Shown: piece after piece, positions 1-12,675 of the stretch
Layout: the number at the start of each line of letters is the position of its first letter
How positions within the stretch are numbered: the stretch's first letter is position 1
Source of the DNA: Haliotis rubra
Taxonomy: Eukaryota
Reading direction: 5' to 3'
NCBI RefSeq assembly: GCF_003918875.1
Contig: NW_025767025.1
Span: 868,001-932,000 of the forward strand
Length of the DNA: 64,000 nt
The notes under the pieces: model-generated
What the model saw: only the letters and a program-made list of their open reading frames with translations
Databases searched by the model: none
Told to the model about the DNA's origin: nothing
Program-made: the position numbers and the translations under genes

Positions 1-976
1 GCATGAATACCCCATTCAGACACATTATACTGACTCCGAGCCGACCAGTCCTTGTTGGTCCTTGTTGTACCCATTAATGCCGAGCGCCAGGCAGGGACCA
101 ACAAGTACCATATTTTGATGTCTTTTGGTATGATGCGGCCGGGGTTCGAACTCGCGACCTTCCGCTCTCCGGGTGGACAGTAACCACTACACCACGGAGG
201 CCAATGATAACAACAATGACCGCACTGCACATAGTACAGCTTGTTCAGCTTGACCTGAGGTACTCTACATGTGCATGAACCAGGAGGTCAAATGGCACAA
301 ACGGCAGGTCAAGTTAAGGCCAGGCCAATTCTATTTCTTGTTTTACGGATCCGCCGTCATATTTTTTCAAGAATAAGAAAATGAAAAAAAAAATTCCCCG
401 CTCAAAAAATAAAAACCACATGTTTTTTATTGGCCAAAAATGTAAACATACAAAAAATAATTTTTTAAAATTGTTTTTTGCCCCATATACACTTCATAAA
501 TTGCCAAAAATAAAATACTTTTAGCACTTAAAAGGAATATTACTGTGACTGGTGATTTTTGTTTTTTATTCTTTTCCCTCCAGCCTTTAGGTTTTCTGAA
601 GACAAAACTTCGTAAAACAAGAAATAAAATCGGTCTGGCCTAACTTCATTAAATAGGGGAAGTTTTTCCTTTCTTGTTCTATTAGGATTTCACTGGAAAC
701 ACCAGTTGTTGCTGCTGCTTGCTACCTAAAAGCCCGAATCGGAAACATTAAACCACCTGTAGCTTCATTTTCAAAGAAAGTTAGGACATTGCTGATGATT
801 TCTCGACACTGAGATGTCAAACAGCAACCTTGTCTCGGCTTGTGTTTGGACATGTTGACAATCAACTAACAAAGGTGCACCCCTTCACAATAACAGACTC
901 AACCAGTTGTGACACGGTCACGCAATGCATTAGTATTCACTTGATCAGGTCAAGTTCAAGAAGTTGTAACTGTTCC

Positions 977-1330
977 TCAGATTCCAAGTTTACCAGTGCT
1001 TTGTAGCTGAGATGCATATCTCACTGTGCATACCTTCACTGGTTGAGGACACACAGCTTTTCCAGGGTCTACATAGTCCATGTTCTCCTTGGTCTCAGTT
1101 TTGGACAGTTTCAGCAGCAGATCATGCTGCTTCCCTCTGATTCCATGGACTTTGTATATGTGTGTTGTGAAGCCATGTTTGGAAGGGATGGTGTTTTTAG
1201 ATGGCTGAAACTGACACTTGGGATGAGGACAGCGGTATGTGGTGATGGTAGGCTTGTGGACACTGAACCAATGGTCCCTCAGTTCCAGCCACACAAGCTT
1301 AACACTGCAGGACGTAACTGGGCAGGAGAC
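977..1330 (-). CDS. Terminal coding exon of an uncharacterised protein with two C2H2-like zinc fingers
   Basis: Acceptor TTTTATCTTACAG at 1332-1331, then 117 open codons with CPVTSC-x11-H-x4-H and CPHPKC...H-x4-H, plus N..YVDPG. A possible upstream exon 1661-1565 ends ATG|GTAAAC in phase 0. Confidence 0.6.
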   Translation of the reverse strand, partial: VSCPVTSCSVKLVWLELRDHWFSVHKPTITTYRCPHPKCQFQPSKNTIPSKHGFTTHIYKVHGIRGKQHDLLLKLSKTETKENMDYVDPGKAVCPQPVKVCTVRYASQLQSTGKLGI

Positions 1331-2869
1331 CTGTAAGATAAAATGCTGTTCAATGTAATCTGAATAACGTTCTTTGACAAGGTTGATACTTCTCTGTCCA
1401 TTACATCTACGAAATACAGCAAATTGAATAGAAACGTCTACCATCATATGGCAGACAATAAATTGTTTAGCAATGTTGAAATTGTGCTACATTGTTTGTT
1501 ACAATGCCATAGATGTTCATAAAATGCTAACAATAGATAGACATTTCTATATACTGCTGTTTACCATCTTCAAATTGCATTTGAAGATTTTCACTTTCAC
1601 TTTCAATAGTACTGCTGGCAGCGTAACTAAGGGCTTGATATCTCTTAGTTCCAGTTCTGACCTGGGCACTTAAAACTTCAAGAAGACGTGCATGCCTCAG
1701 TTTGGATAAAATGACAGTCTCATAGCCTACACGTCATGAAGTTCACATATCACGGTTGTGGCTCCCCACACGTGTCAAGCCCATTTCTGGTGTCATTTCC
1801 AGCCATGAAAATTAATAATGGTGGTGTAAAACCGTACTCACTCTATTTTAGTCCCAAAGCTCTTTAACAAAAACTGAATCAACAAACAAACAACAATACC
1901 ACATGCTTTCAAACATGTTCAAGCTTCATATCAAGGCAAGCTGGATTGCAGGAGAATTGAACTGTCCCTTATGTGCATTCAAAAAATGCAAACTTCCTCG
2001 TGCTTTAACTATAATAGTTCAGGGCGACAGTGGGCTTTATTACGCTATATATGGTGGTAGAGCGATCTGTATTTCATTTCTAAGATGCCAAATTTAATAC
2101 TAACCGATGATAAATCTAAGGCAGAAAACAAACAGAAAAGCGACTGTGTCAGTGATCTAAATTAACAATCCTCATTCATGGCTAACAGACGCGCTGTTCT
2201 ATTGACGCATCTGTCCCCCTACGTTAAGGTGGGCGTTACCAGAAAAAACAAACGATCAACAGTTTGACGACGGTTTAGGTTCGGGTTAAATATCTTCTCC
2301 AAATTATTTTAATTACGTCTGTGATTATTGTTAACCATATGGGGCAATATGAACGTAGCATTTCTACTACCAACGTAATCATCCAGCTGAAGCTGACTAG
2401 TCACGCAACATTCCAGGGAAGCATTGTGGGAATGTAAACATTGCGAACATTGCTGTGTTGCTGTTCAATTGTGAGTCAAACTGAGACATTATATCCTTGG
2501 AAAATAAACGTAATGTTTCCACCAGTGATGTTAGCCGAGTGAAGCAACTGCAAACCAAGAAACTGGGTGCTACGGAACAGTTTACTGTAGGAGGCTGTAC
2601 GAGGCGATGACAAGTGACATGCATCATGATGTCGGTTACCAGGGGTACGTTTGATTACGAGGGGGCAGACTAGAATGGTTCAATGACGCAATTGCATTGT
2701 GACGTAATGCACAAAGTGCACATTATCGTCTGATAAAGTATTGTCGGCGCCTTTGATCTTTTACCGAAGCATCTTAGAACATTAAATATCAATTTGCTAA
2801 TAAACATGGCATATGCGGTTTGTAAAAACAGTCTATAAACCTTATTAAACTGAATTATAACTTAAAAAT

Positions 2870-5800
2870 CATATCAAACTTGGGTTGAAATCCCTCAAAA
2901 ACAGAGTTAGTGAGTTTGTTTACACTGCTTTTAGCAATATTCCAGCAATATCACAGCAGGAGACACCAGAAATGGGCTTCATGTCAAAAACAGAGAGAAC
3001 CTTTCCATATCCTGCATTATCAACCAGCACATAACCATATCATTTGTCTAAGACATCGGATAAATACCTGTGAACTGGCATCATAGTAGAGGCCTGTTGA
3101 TGGATCGCAATAATATCCTGAAGTCTTATCAAACTGGTACGTGGACACATCTGGAGCCACTGTAATGAGGTGGAACACAGCTTTCAGGGAATATATGGAA
3201 CTTGTGCAAGAAATTCTTTAGAAATGTCAAGCCATGCCATCCACAGTTCAACTTCTGACTACTATTGCAAACCATTTGGTCTCATTAGGAATAAAATGTG
3301 CAAATGAATCCTGTCAATGTCATATTTCTACCAAGAAATGAGCTCGATATTATGCAGTTCTAAAATATGCTCCTAAGGAGTTCATCTATTCCAAAATCAC
3401 AAAATTTGAATAAAGAAAGAAGTTTTTTCTAACAAAAGAAATTTTTGCTTATGACTGGACTACCTTTAAATTAATATATATTCAAGATAATGTACATAAA
3501 ATGCAACAAGATGGAATTGTTTAGGGTACACAAGAGATGGTTATGCAAGGAATTATTTCTTACGATATGCTAGGACTTCCTTGTTTCTAGCAGGTGGGGT
3601 GGCTGGCTGTTCAACTACTGGCTCAGCTTTCTTAGGACCTGGTGTCTGGAAGAAATTCGAACAAGAATAATTATCTTACCTCACACATAAATGTCGCTTT
3701 CTGATTGGCTGAGCGCTCTTCTATTATTTTAGATGTACCCCGCTTACAAGCGAGGTACATTTCAATGTACCCGCTGTCAATGGCAACTCATTCTGTACTT
3801 GTGGTAGTAAATCTTTATCTCGAATAACATTGGATCACGTATGATGTACGGAATTTACCGATGTTTTGCGAATGCAAATCGATGGAAGGGAGATAACTCT
3901 AAATATGTTTTCTTGTCAGCAAAATCTAGCGATGGCTACAAAAGATTCGGTACCGACTGTTTCCAAACAATTCAAAATTAACATTAAGGTTCACTGGTCC
4001 CTCGAGCATGGGTTGATGTACCCACTATGTTTGTTTATGTTAAGGCTCAGGGACTGACTGACTGACAGATATCTTCCACGCCATATAGCTGGAATATTGC
4101 TGAGTGAGGCTTTGAAACAACAAAGCCAACCAAATCCAATACAAACAAAGTGTTGAACATTGTACAAAACAAAATAAGGCCTAAGCTTGTCCATAAAGGT
4201 GATGTGTTGGTAGCAGGCCATATATGGCTATACCAAGACCCTCATTTTCGTCTATGAAAAATTAAGTCCTTGTGAGATGGGATCGGATTGGAAAGGTGGT
4301 ATAGCAATTCTATTTACATCAATTAAGGAAAATTTATATTTATATTTTATTAATAGACTCATAACATGAAAAATGCAGCCCATCAGGCTGCTATTCCCAT
4401 GTTAGACAAATACCTGTTTGTTGTAGTTCTTGGCAGCATTGGCTTGAGCAATAGCAGCCTGGGCAACTGCTGCTGCAGCATTTGTAGAGTCCGCTGGAGA
4501 AGTACGAACAAAATATATGCAATCATTTGCATCGCAAGACACAAAGCAATATTACTAAGAAACTGTACTGCGAGAAAAAACCCTGATCACATAAAAGTAT
4601 GGAGAAGGTCAACTTATACCATCTTCTCACTAACCTGAAATGATAGCATACAAGACACTTGCAAAGATTTGTGTATCAGTGAATAATGGGGTTGTCAGCA
4701 TTATTTCACAAACAGTGGGGAATCTAACTCGGGTCTTCGGGCATTATGAGCAAACGCTTTAACCATTGCCCAGTGGGTTAGTAACTGTTGATTAAGAAAT
4801 ATAGTTTGCTTTACCCAAGTTGTTGGATAGTTTTCATGATTTTGCCATTTGTGAAGAGACTTGTTCATTAGTAGTGGTATGCTATGAATATATATGAAAG
4901 GGTTCTCTCCCTTGAACCGCCATGTGAAAGACATCTGGCTACTCGCTACCTGGTTGTCCAGCTCCAGCTACTTGTTGACTGTTGTAGTCCGATGCCTACA
5001 ACATACAGGAGAGTTGGATGTTTAAAAAAATGGACAATTGCTCTGTGTGCAGCATTAAACAAAGAAAAAAACCAAAAAAAACTTGTACAGTACATTATTA
5101 AGAAGGTAGAACTCAAAATAAAAATTGTGATTATCTTACATAAAAGCATTATGAAACATCATTTGTCATATAAAATGCAACAGAAAATTCAGTTTGTTAT
5201 TAAGTTCCTACCTACCCGATTTTGAAGTGAACTGTTTAAAATTGCCATTCTGAAAGAAAAAAGCACTAAGAAAGATCAACCCAACATCAACAACACACAC
5301 AAACAAGCAGCAAGGAAGCTTCCAAACTTTCCCTTCACAAAATATTCAGGGATAATGTTGCAACTTGCAGACACTGATGAAAAAATTAGCTGATTTTCTG
5401 CTGAATACGTAAATATATATATATGATCCAGTGCAAAATCACTTACGAATAATTGCTGGAGTGGCAAATTTAAAATGCATGTTGGAGCTATGTCTAATAC
5501 AGTTTGAGCGTGAGATGAGTTTGGTAAAACAGTATATGATCAGTGTTTCCATTCTTTCACTTCATCAGCTTCAGTGTGAAGAAAGTAATTCATGTGGGAA
5601 AACTGTTAAAACTTTACAGCTTTGGACATGGATATTGTACCAAAGAATCAGGATGAATCAGGATCTGAACTCTTCATCATAAGCTTTCAACCCTTGTGTT
5701 TCTATCACAATATACTCACACAGTGGAGAAAGTGTTCTTTGCATACGATGTGAGAACTTGTTTGCCATCTACTTCCAAAGGAACATTGTTTTGAGTCAGG

Positions 5801-8800
5801 AAATCTGTAACTTGCGTGGATTCCTGAATGGAATTCATCTCACAGAACCCGTAGCCCCTGGATGTGTTTGTGACTGGGTCTCGAATGATGCGCACATTCT
5901 TAGACTGGAGATTTGTTTGTAATCGTAATGCTACGTCAAGGGACTCTTCTGTTGTAAGTGCATCAAGACCTCGAAATATGAGAGCTGTGGAAAAACATGG
6001 ACTCGATTACAAAATGAGTCAAATGGGATACTAACACTTACGTTGAAGCATTGGGCAAATATCTGGTAACATCTGGTAACACAATACATAATCTTGGTGT
6101 TGGTTCACTTCAAACAGTAAAATATCTCACAAACACATTTTCTTATTTTTATCTGTACACTATGTTAGCCCAATAGTAATCCTTCAGTAAAACATCAAAT
6201 TCACTCATCCGTACATTTACAAAACATGTAGACGTGTATGAAATAAGGCCTGTCTGAGACGGGCTTGATTTCTGACGGACGGTCCAAATTTACAGCTGGC
6301 CAGCTCAACGGTCTGGTAAAACTTTAGCTGTTCCATACATCATGTACATCAGAGTAAATTCACCATATTTTGGTGGCTGGTTAAATCCATTTTGGGCTGG
6401 TAACATTTTGAAGTTACCAGCCCTGATATGTGGCTGGGTTTTGGGCTTATTTCATACACTGATGTAGACATACAAATGAATGTGATGTCTATACTGGGAC
6501 CAACTTTGTCCAGATTTGTTGGATAGTAGCCTGAGTTGTGTCCCTTGGTATCTCTCACATAATATAAACACTTAACACCTAACATACAAACATCTGCAAC
6601 TTCTTCTCTGTGTGACACTGAATTGTTGCTGAAAGCACAATTCCAGCCTTGGACCCCAAAAAGGGATAATCATAAAAACCACATAAGTACCATGTCAGGG
6701 CTCCAGATAAGGGTCGTATCGGCGTATGTACGGATATAAAAAAAGCACGATACGGTAGGAAATAATTTAGAAAACGTAGCAGATACGCACCACAGCAATG
6801 GTGTACGGTCTTAGAATCCTTTATAGACGTATTCATCTGAATATGTATTGTTTTATTGATTATTGCAATGCTGTCGTGTATATATGAAACGAAACACAAG
6901 ATTACTGATACTCCATTAAATCCCATTCAGTACTCTAAATGTACTCTTAAGGTTATTCAGTACTCCTGTATTGAAATAATAAGGAGTACGTACTCCTGAT
7001 GTTGAAAAATTATCTGGAGCCCTGCTATGTTGTTGATGTACTGTTGATTGTGCTTATTTGAATGTAAAATCCATTTCGTAAATGTTGATATAACTTACTA
7101 TTGCATGGATTAAGTCCTACTTGGTCAAAGCCATCTCTGTCGTTTGTCTTGTCAGATTCTGAAACAAGACGGATAAAGAAATATAGTCTTTACATTCCAG
7201 CGTATTTAATTCAGGCATCTGTAAACATTCCCTGACAATGACTTCTCAACTTTTTTCTTTACAGTTAAATTATCTGTGGAAATAGGTTTGGATGTTCTGT
7301 TAGGCCTTAAAATGCTGAAAACATATCATTCAGTAATAATAACAATGAGTCCATTTGTAATGCGCTGAACTCCATGCCAGAAGATAATAAAATCTCACCA
7401 TCTCTGGAAAATTTGCACTTGAAACAGTTATCTCTTTTCTTGAAGTTATGAACACCACACTGGAAAGAAGTCAATAAGATTGTAAATCGTCACTATGCAC
7501 ATCTCGTACATGACATATCAGAAATTCTGCCGATCAATTCAGGACCACCAACCTTGTACATATGAAACTTCAATCCTACTTTTCAGTTTCACACAATTTT
7601 CCAAGATATCGTGCTGAAAGACCAAAGCTACTCAACACCTTTAGTAGTGACTGGCATAGGTTTTGTCTTTAATTCCAGTTATAGCCCAGCAATCCAAACT
7701 TAATGTGGGAGTAAAACCCGGACTGATTCAGGTCTGTGATAATTACAACTTTGGCAAAAGTCACAGGCATTGGTATGATAAACCGAAAAAACTAAATCTG
7801 GGAGAACTGAGATTCCAATACATAAACATGGGTCCTCTTACCTTGACACAGGTCCAGCCAACTTGTGGCATACTGTACTACAGCGCCCCTGGCAAGGAAG
7901 AAATAATAATATAATGATGTTTATTTGGACTTGTAGGTCTGGAAGATATACATGTTAGTCCCATGTAGTGGAACAGAATACACCCAGCCAAAGAAAGGAA
8001 GCCATGAGATTGTCTGCCTGTCATCATGACCAAGCCTGTTTCTTGTAGTATGTGCTGTCTGCTTGACGCAGTGCCACTAGCCAGTATACCACTGGCGTTC
8101 TTTCTTATACCCATATGTCAACAACATCATTCTACGCCAGTAGGAAGCACAAACAGTCAAAGCTTTCTTGACCTGTGACAGGTTTATTACGTGAGTTTAC
8201 AAAACACGCACCGGAAGAAGGACGCGGATAACCCGGATGGAATATGACATAAGATATTCCTAACAACTACTGGTGGGGCCACTTTTTCTTCTCTTTACTC
8301 ATGAAGTTGAGAATGAGGAACTGGACAAAAAGCGATTGTTTAACGGTATGAATACTGAAATGGTTAACTGCCTGACTAGAATTTAAATGTCCATGAAAAG
8401 TGTAACGGGAAGGAGGGAATTTAAAAGTCCATATAATAATCATCAAATCTGGTTGGTGGTCTCCTTGAACAGGACTTTTTTTGCCACCCCAATATGGGCA
8501 GGATCGGCCCGCTGAGAGGAGGGAAGATATCGATATCTTCCCCGTTAATTTTGTACACGACGTCACAGAACCTTAATGAATCGAATGACATCACATCAAG
8601 AATGACGTCATAGAGATGACCTCATGTTAGATCATCCTTTGATCATGGCCGGGGAAAGGAAGCTAGCGTCTTTATTTATTTTTTAATAAACAATGTGTAT
8701 TTGGACAAAGAGATAAAAAAAAAAACATGTAACTGAAAAAAATCTTAATTTAGGCAGGTATTAATTGATAAAAAGATTACTCATTTTTCATATATTGGCC

Positions 8801-9735
8801 AATATCATCCCGAGACACCCATATCTGACCAAGGCCGTCATGAAAAATGAAGTGTAATAATCCCTACATATCCCATCAACAGAGGTGGAGTTCTTAACAA
8901 TTGTGTTTCTTGATATGAGAGGACAATAGTTGGCTATCTGTCCGAGCAAGAGCTCAAGCATGGTAACCTTCTGTTGTGCAGTGCGTGCCCCCCTAACGTC
9001 CCTACCATCATCTTCGAAGCCATGTAATGGAGCTGCACATGTTTTCTTAGCCCAATCAATACCAGTAATGAATGGAGCAAAGTTTGGGTCAAGAGAAAGT
9101 GTATAAATAATGTTCTGCTTCCAGTTTTTGAAAGAGTTCACCATTTCTGACTTTGTCAAACACCACTGTTTTGGTGCATGATGTGTGTTAGCCATTGTTT
9201 CGAACGGTTAATTGAGCCGTACACACTTCATATAAGGCGGGTGACTGTTCACTTATATTGTGAAGTACCTCTGAAGACGTGGTAAGATCAGCGCTGCCAC
9301 CACGCCATTAGGAAGCACAAACAGTCAAAGCTTTCTTGACCCGTGACAGGTTTATTACGTGAGTTTACAAAACACGCACCGGAAGAAGGACGCGGATAAC
9401 CCGGATGGAATATGACATAAGATATTCCTAACAACTACTGGCGCTAGCATGTTTAACTTACAATATCAATAACATTAATGTCATTAGAACACGATGCATC
9501 ATAATAAGAAGTGCATTTCATTTGAAGTGACAATCATAAGACAGTATGTACAATGTACAGATACACATATACAAACAAGACACATGTACAATAAAGTCAT
9601 CACAAGAGATATGCACAGGAACAACCAGCTCAAGAAAGAAAACTGAAATCCACTGTTGATTTTCTTCAAATGCTCAGGGTTTTTTTCAAATTGATCTTGA
9701 CTTTGACTACCAATCAATGAGGGAATGAAGCAAGG
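2870..9735 (-). pseudogene. Partial duplicate of RBM5/10 (intron 6 through the first OCRE exon); pseudogene or truncated gene
   Basis: Paralogous exons at 7888-7842 (internally deleted), 7459-7399, 7158-7099, 5984-5720, 5231-5216, 4995-4939 (truncated), 4493-4414, 3645-3564 and 3159-3068. Introns align to ~21710-28185. Confidence 0.9.
8135..9443 (-). mobile_element. Non-autonomous Gypsy-group (Troyka-like) LTR retrotransposon
   Basis: 141-bp direct repeats at 8135-8275 and 9303-9443. Element ends CGCCAGTAG...CTACTGGCG. PBS TGGTGGCAGCG (minus, 9302-9292); purine tract before the 3' LTR; gag-like ORF 9195-8788 (APKQWCLTK...[12 protein letters not shown]). CTA TSD at 8132-8134 and 9444-9446, with the empty site at 27705-27707. 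Confidence 0.85.
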
Positions 9736-10030
9736 CCTTTCGATTAGTTTCCTGTTCGTAGGCTGTGAGTTGGGGTTGCATTCATCCCTGTGTCACTCAA
9801 TCCGGTTCGCGTTCAAATGTGTACAGTATTTACCACCCTGACTCAAGAACACAGCCGCTCTGGGCTCGTGCTGACAACATAAGGTGTTGCTGCATTCAGT
9901 GGTTTGTGCTACTGTTGTCATTCACAAAATGAGTGAGTGAGTTTAGTTTTACTCCGCTTTTAGCAACATTCCAGCAATTAAGCAATGTCATGGCGGGGAG
10001 ACAACAGAAATGGGATTCACACACATTACC

Positions 10031-10460
10031 GCTGAAAGGTCATTGTCGGCACGGGTACTACAGATGTGTACCCCAGGTACGTTTCTGTATACAGAAATGT
10101 ACCCTGGCCATAATCAGAATACAGAAATGTACCCTAGGACGATTCCATTCTGCATTGTGGAGTTTTCTTGATCGGAACTGTCATACTGTTGTATTAGATG
10201 CATTTGATTGCGTTATATAAGAGCATACACAGTATAACGAATATTTCACGGTGCACAACCTACACCACTCGCAATCAGCTGAACGGGAATAACTACATAC
10301 GGTTTCGGTATTGGGTCGCGGAATATGGACTCGTCCGTCGTTTAGGGTACCGGGTACGTTTCTGTAGTTTGACTTTGTTTAGGGTACCAGTCTGTATACA
10401 GAAACGTACCTGGGGTACATATCTGTAGTACCTGTGCCGACAACGACCCCTGGCTTCAGC
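10031..10460. mobile_element. MITE with ~65-bp TIRs inserted in a SINE
   Basis: GGTCATTGTCGGCACGGGTACTACAGATG... and its near reverse complement at 10381-10448. It splits a SINE. Confidence 0.7.
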
Positions 10461-10858
10461 CTTCATGAGGGGAATCAAACCGGGTCTTCAGCTTGACAAG
10501 CGAACGTTTTAACCACTAGGCTAGTACTGCTACCCCACCGCCCCGTCATTCACAAAAGTTCACCTACAAAGTCCGAAGCACTGTTGTAATATATATATAC
10601 CGATTTGATGGTGCTGTACGGTCTTCGAACTGGATCACCACAGCTGAACTGTTGACACCGGAAATCACAAATATACGGAGCTCGCCATATTACATTCAGA
10701 ACCGGACCACGTCGTAATAAAAGCACACGGAAAGAATTATAACACTGTCGGACGTTCCTGACTAGGGAATTCGAAGTTGGTGCGTGTATCATAATATATT
10801 CGTATAGAAAATTCCACACCTTTTCTATACATTTAGAGTTGTTGCATATCTTAAATAA

Positions 10859-11207
10859 GGGACCGTTCATAATTTATGGGTAGGGGGCGGGGTGGGAGTG
10901 ATGATGATTTTTATCAGGGATAATCTACAACGTTATATAGTCTCCCTGTTTTTATGGAGAAGTATGGCCGGGAAATTTGTGTAAAAAGTAAGTGATCCAA
11001 CCCTCCTGCATGTCATGTACAACATCAATAAACACACACACCCTCCCATGAATTCTAAGCATAATTGTGTAATATTTTTATGTACAAAATTGATGACCCA
11101 CCTACCCCACCTCCCCAGAACAAAATGAGTGCCCCCAAATAAAAATAAAAATAAAAATAATTTAAAAATCATCATCAGCCCCCTTGCCATAAATTATAAA
11201 CGATCCC
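10859..11207. mobile_element. PIF/Harbinger-type MITE
   Basis: TIR GGGACCGTTCATAATTTATGG with a TAA TSD. Confidence 0.75.
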
Positions 11208-11315
11208 TAAAAATATACTATGCGAGAAACATCGCCTGTGGCTGTCTCCGATGAACATATACACTTCGTACGTTAACAGTTAACGATTTTATGCTGGCTG
11301 ATTTGTGGAAACGTA

Positions 11316-11475
11316 NNNNNNNNNNNNNNNNNNNNNNNNNNNNNNNNNNNNNNNNNNNNNNNNNNNNNNNNNNNNNNNNNNNNNNNNNNNNNNNNNNNNN
11401 NNNNNNNNNNNNNNNNNNNNNNNNNNNNNNNNNNNNNNNNNNNNNNNNNNNNNNNNNNNNNNNNNNNNNNNNNNN
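11316..11475. other. Assembly gap (160 N)
   Basis: Run of N. Confidence 1.
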
Positions 11476-12369
11476 CCCAAACAAGCAATCTTGAAAGTAA
11501 TGCTCATGTCAAATGATAGTAGCCGCCATGCAGTGGGACGATCTTGACTTCCAGCACACTATCTAAGTGTAATGTCATCTAATTCTGCTTTCAAGGCACA
11601 ACTCAGATTATACTTTTTCATCTTTCGTTTAACAAACAATGCATGCGTACTGTTCAAATTTCCTTTTTTTTCACCCTTGGATTCTGAATACCATTTAACA
11701 CGATTCTCAAAAAGCATATTCCAGATATTCACTTTACAAAGGCAGAATGCTGATCACACGCGAAAACCCATGTAACACGGTCCTGTCGGTCATAGATTTC
11801 GTATGAATGTTTGTTACGATGAGAGGGCTTAAGTTCAATCAAGGATTTTCAAACTGTAACACTTCAAATTGGTAGGCATCTATGATTAAAGATCAGAAAT
11901 GTTTGAAAAATCTGCAAGTTGGGGACCGAGGTAATCACATTATTAAACGTTTGTCTAAGCAGAGACGTCTCTGGTTCAAGCCATGTTTATTAATCAAATG
12001 TGGCTGCATTGGCCGTGCTAGGACCTACACATCTCATCAGGAACCAATGAAGCTAAAACGAACTTGTTCCTACCGACGACGCCACCCCAGTTTGTACTTG
12101 ACCTTACATCATAGATCATGCTCCTGAACCAACTCAGAAGCAAAGAAGCTGAAACTTCACACGTGTCTTCCCACCGATGGTGACACCGGGGTTTTCCGAA
12201 GATGTTATAATCGGAGCTGGAATATGTCTGCCACAGCATTCGTATTTAAAAAGCTCATGTCCAACAAACAACCATTTCTGGTTACAACGTTCTGTAATGA
12301 TCTTAATTCTCTTGAAATGCAGAGCTGTAAACATCTTCCCAGGAGGTGAGGTGTGGTGAAATTGGGTTT

Positions 12370-12675
12370 AACGTCAATTGCTTGAGAATATTTTGCTCAT
12401 ATGACGACGCGCATGCATGTGTATGTGTATGTGTAGCTGCTTGTACTAGCCCAGATTGAAGGTGGTTTTAAAGAGATACCATGCCGCAGTGAAGCATGAA
12501 TACCCTACTCAGACACATTATACTGACTCCGAGCCGACCAGTCCTTGTTGTACCCATTAATGCCGAACGTCAGGCAGGGACCAACAAGTACCATATTTTA
12601 ACGTCTGTTGGTATGACGAAGTCGGGGATCGAACCCGCGACCTTCCGCTCTAACCACTACACCACAGAGGCGGTC
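12370..12675 (-). mobile_element. MetaSINE-like element (second copy at 1-201)
   Basis: tRNA-like head on minus, plus a GGTCGGCTCGGAGTCAGTATAATGTGTCTGAGT core resembling the Meta domain. Confidence 0.6.

Noticed and set aside
11218-11547. ORFs across the gap
   Set aside because: Artefacts of the N run.
11880-12360. Possible exons of another gene
   Set aside because: No consistent frame, splice path or recognisable homology.
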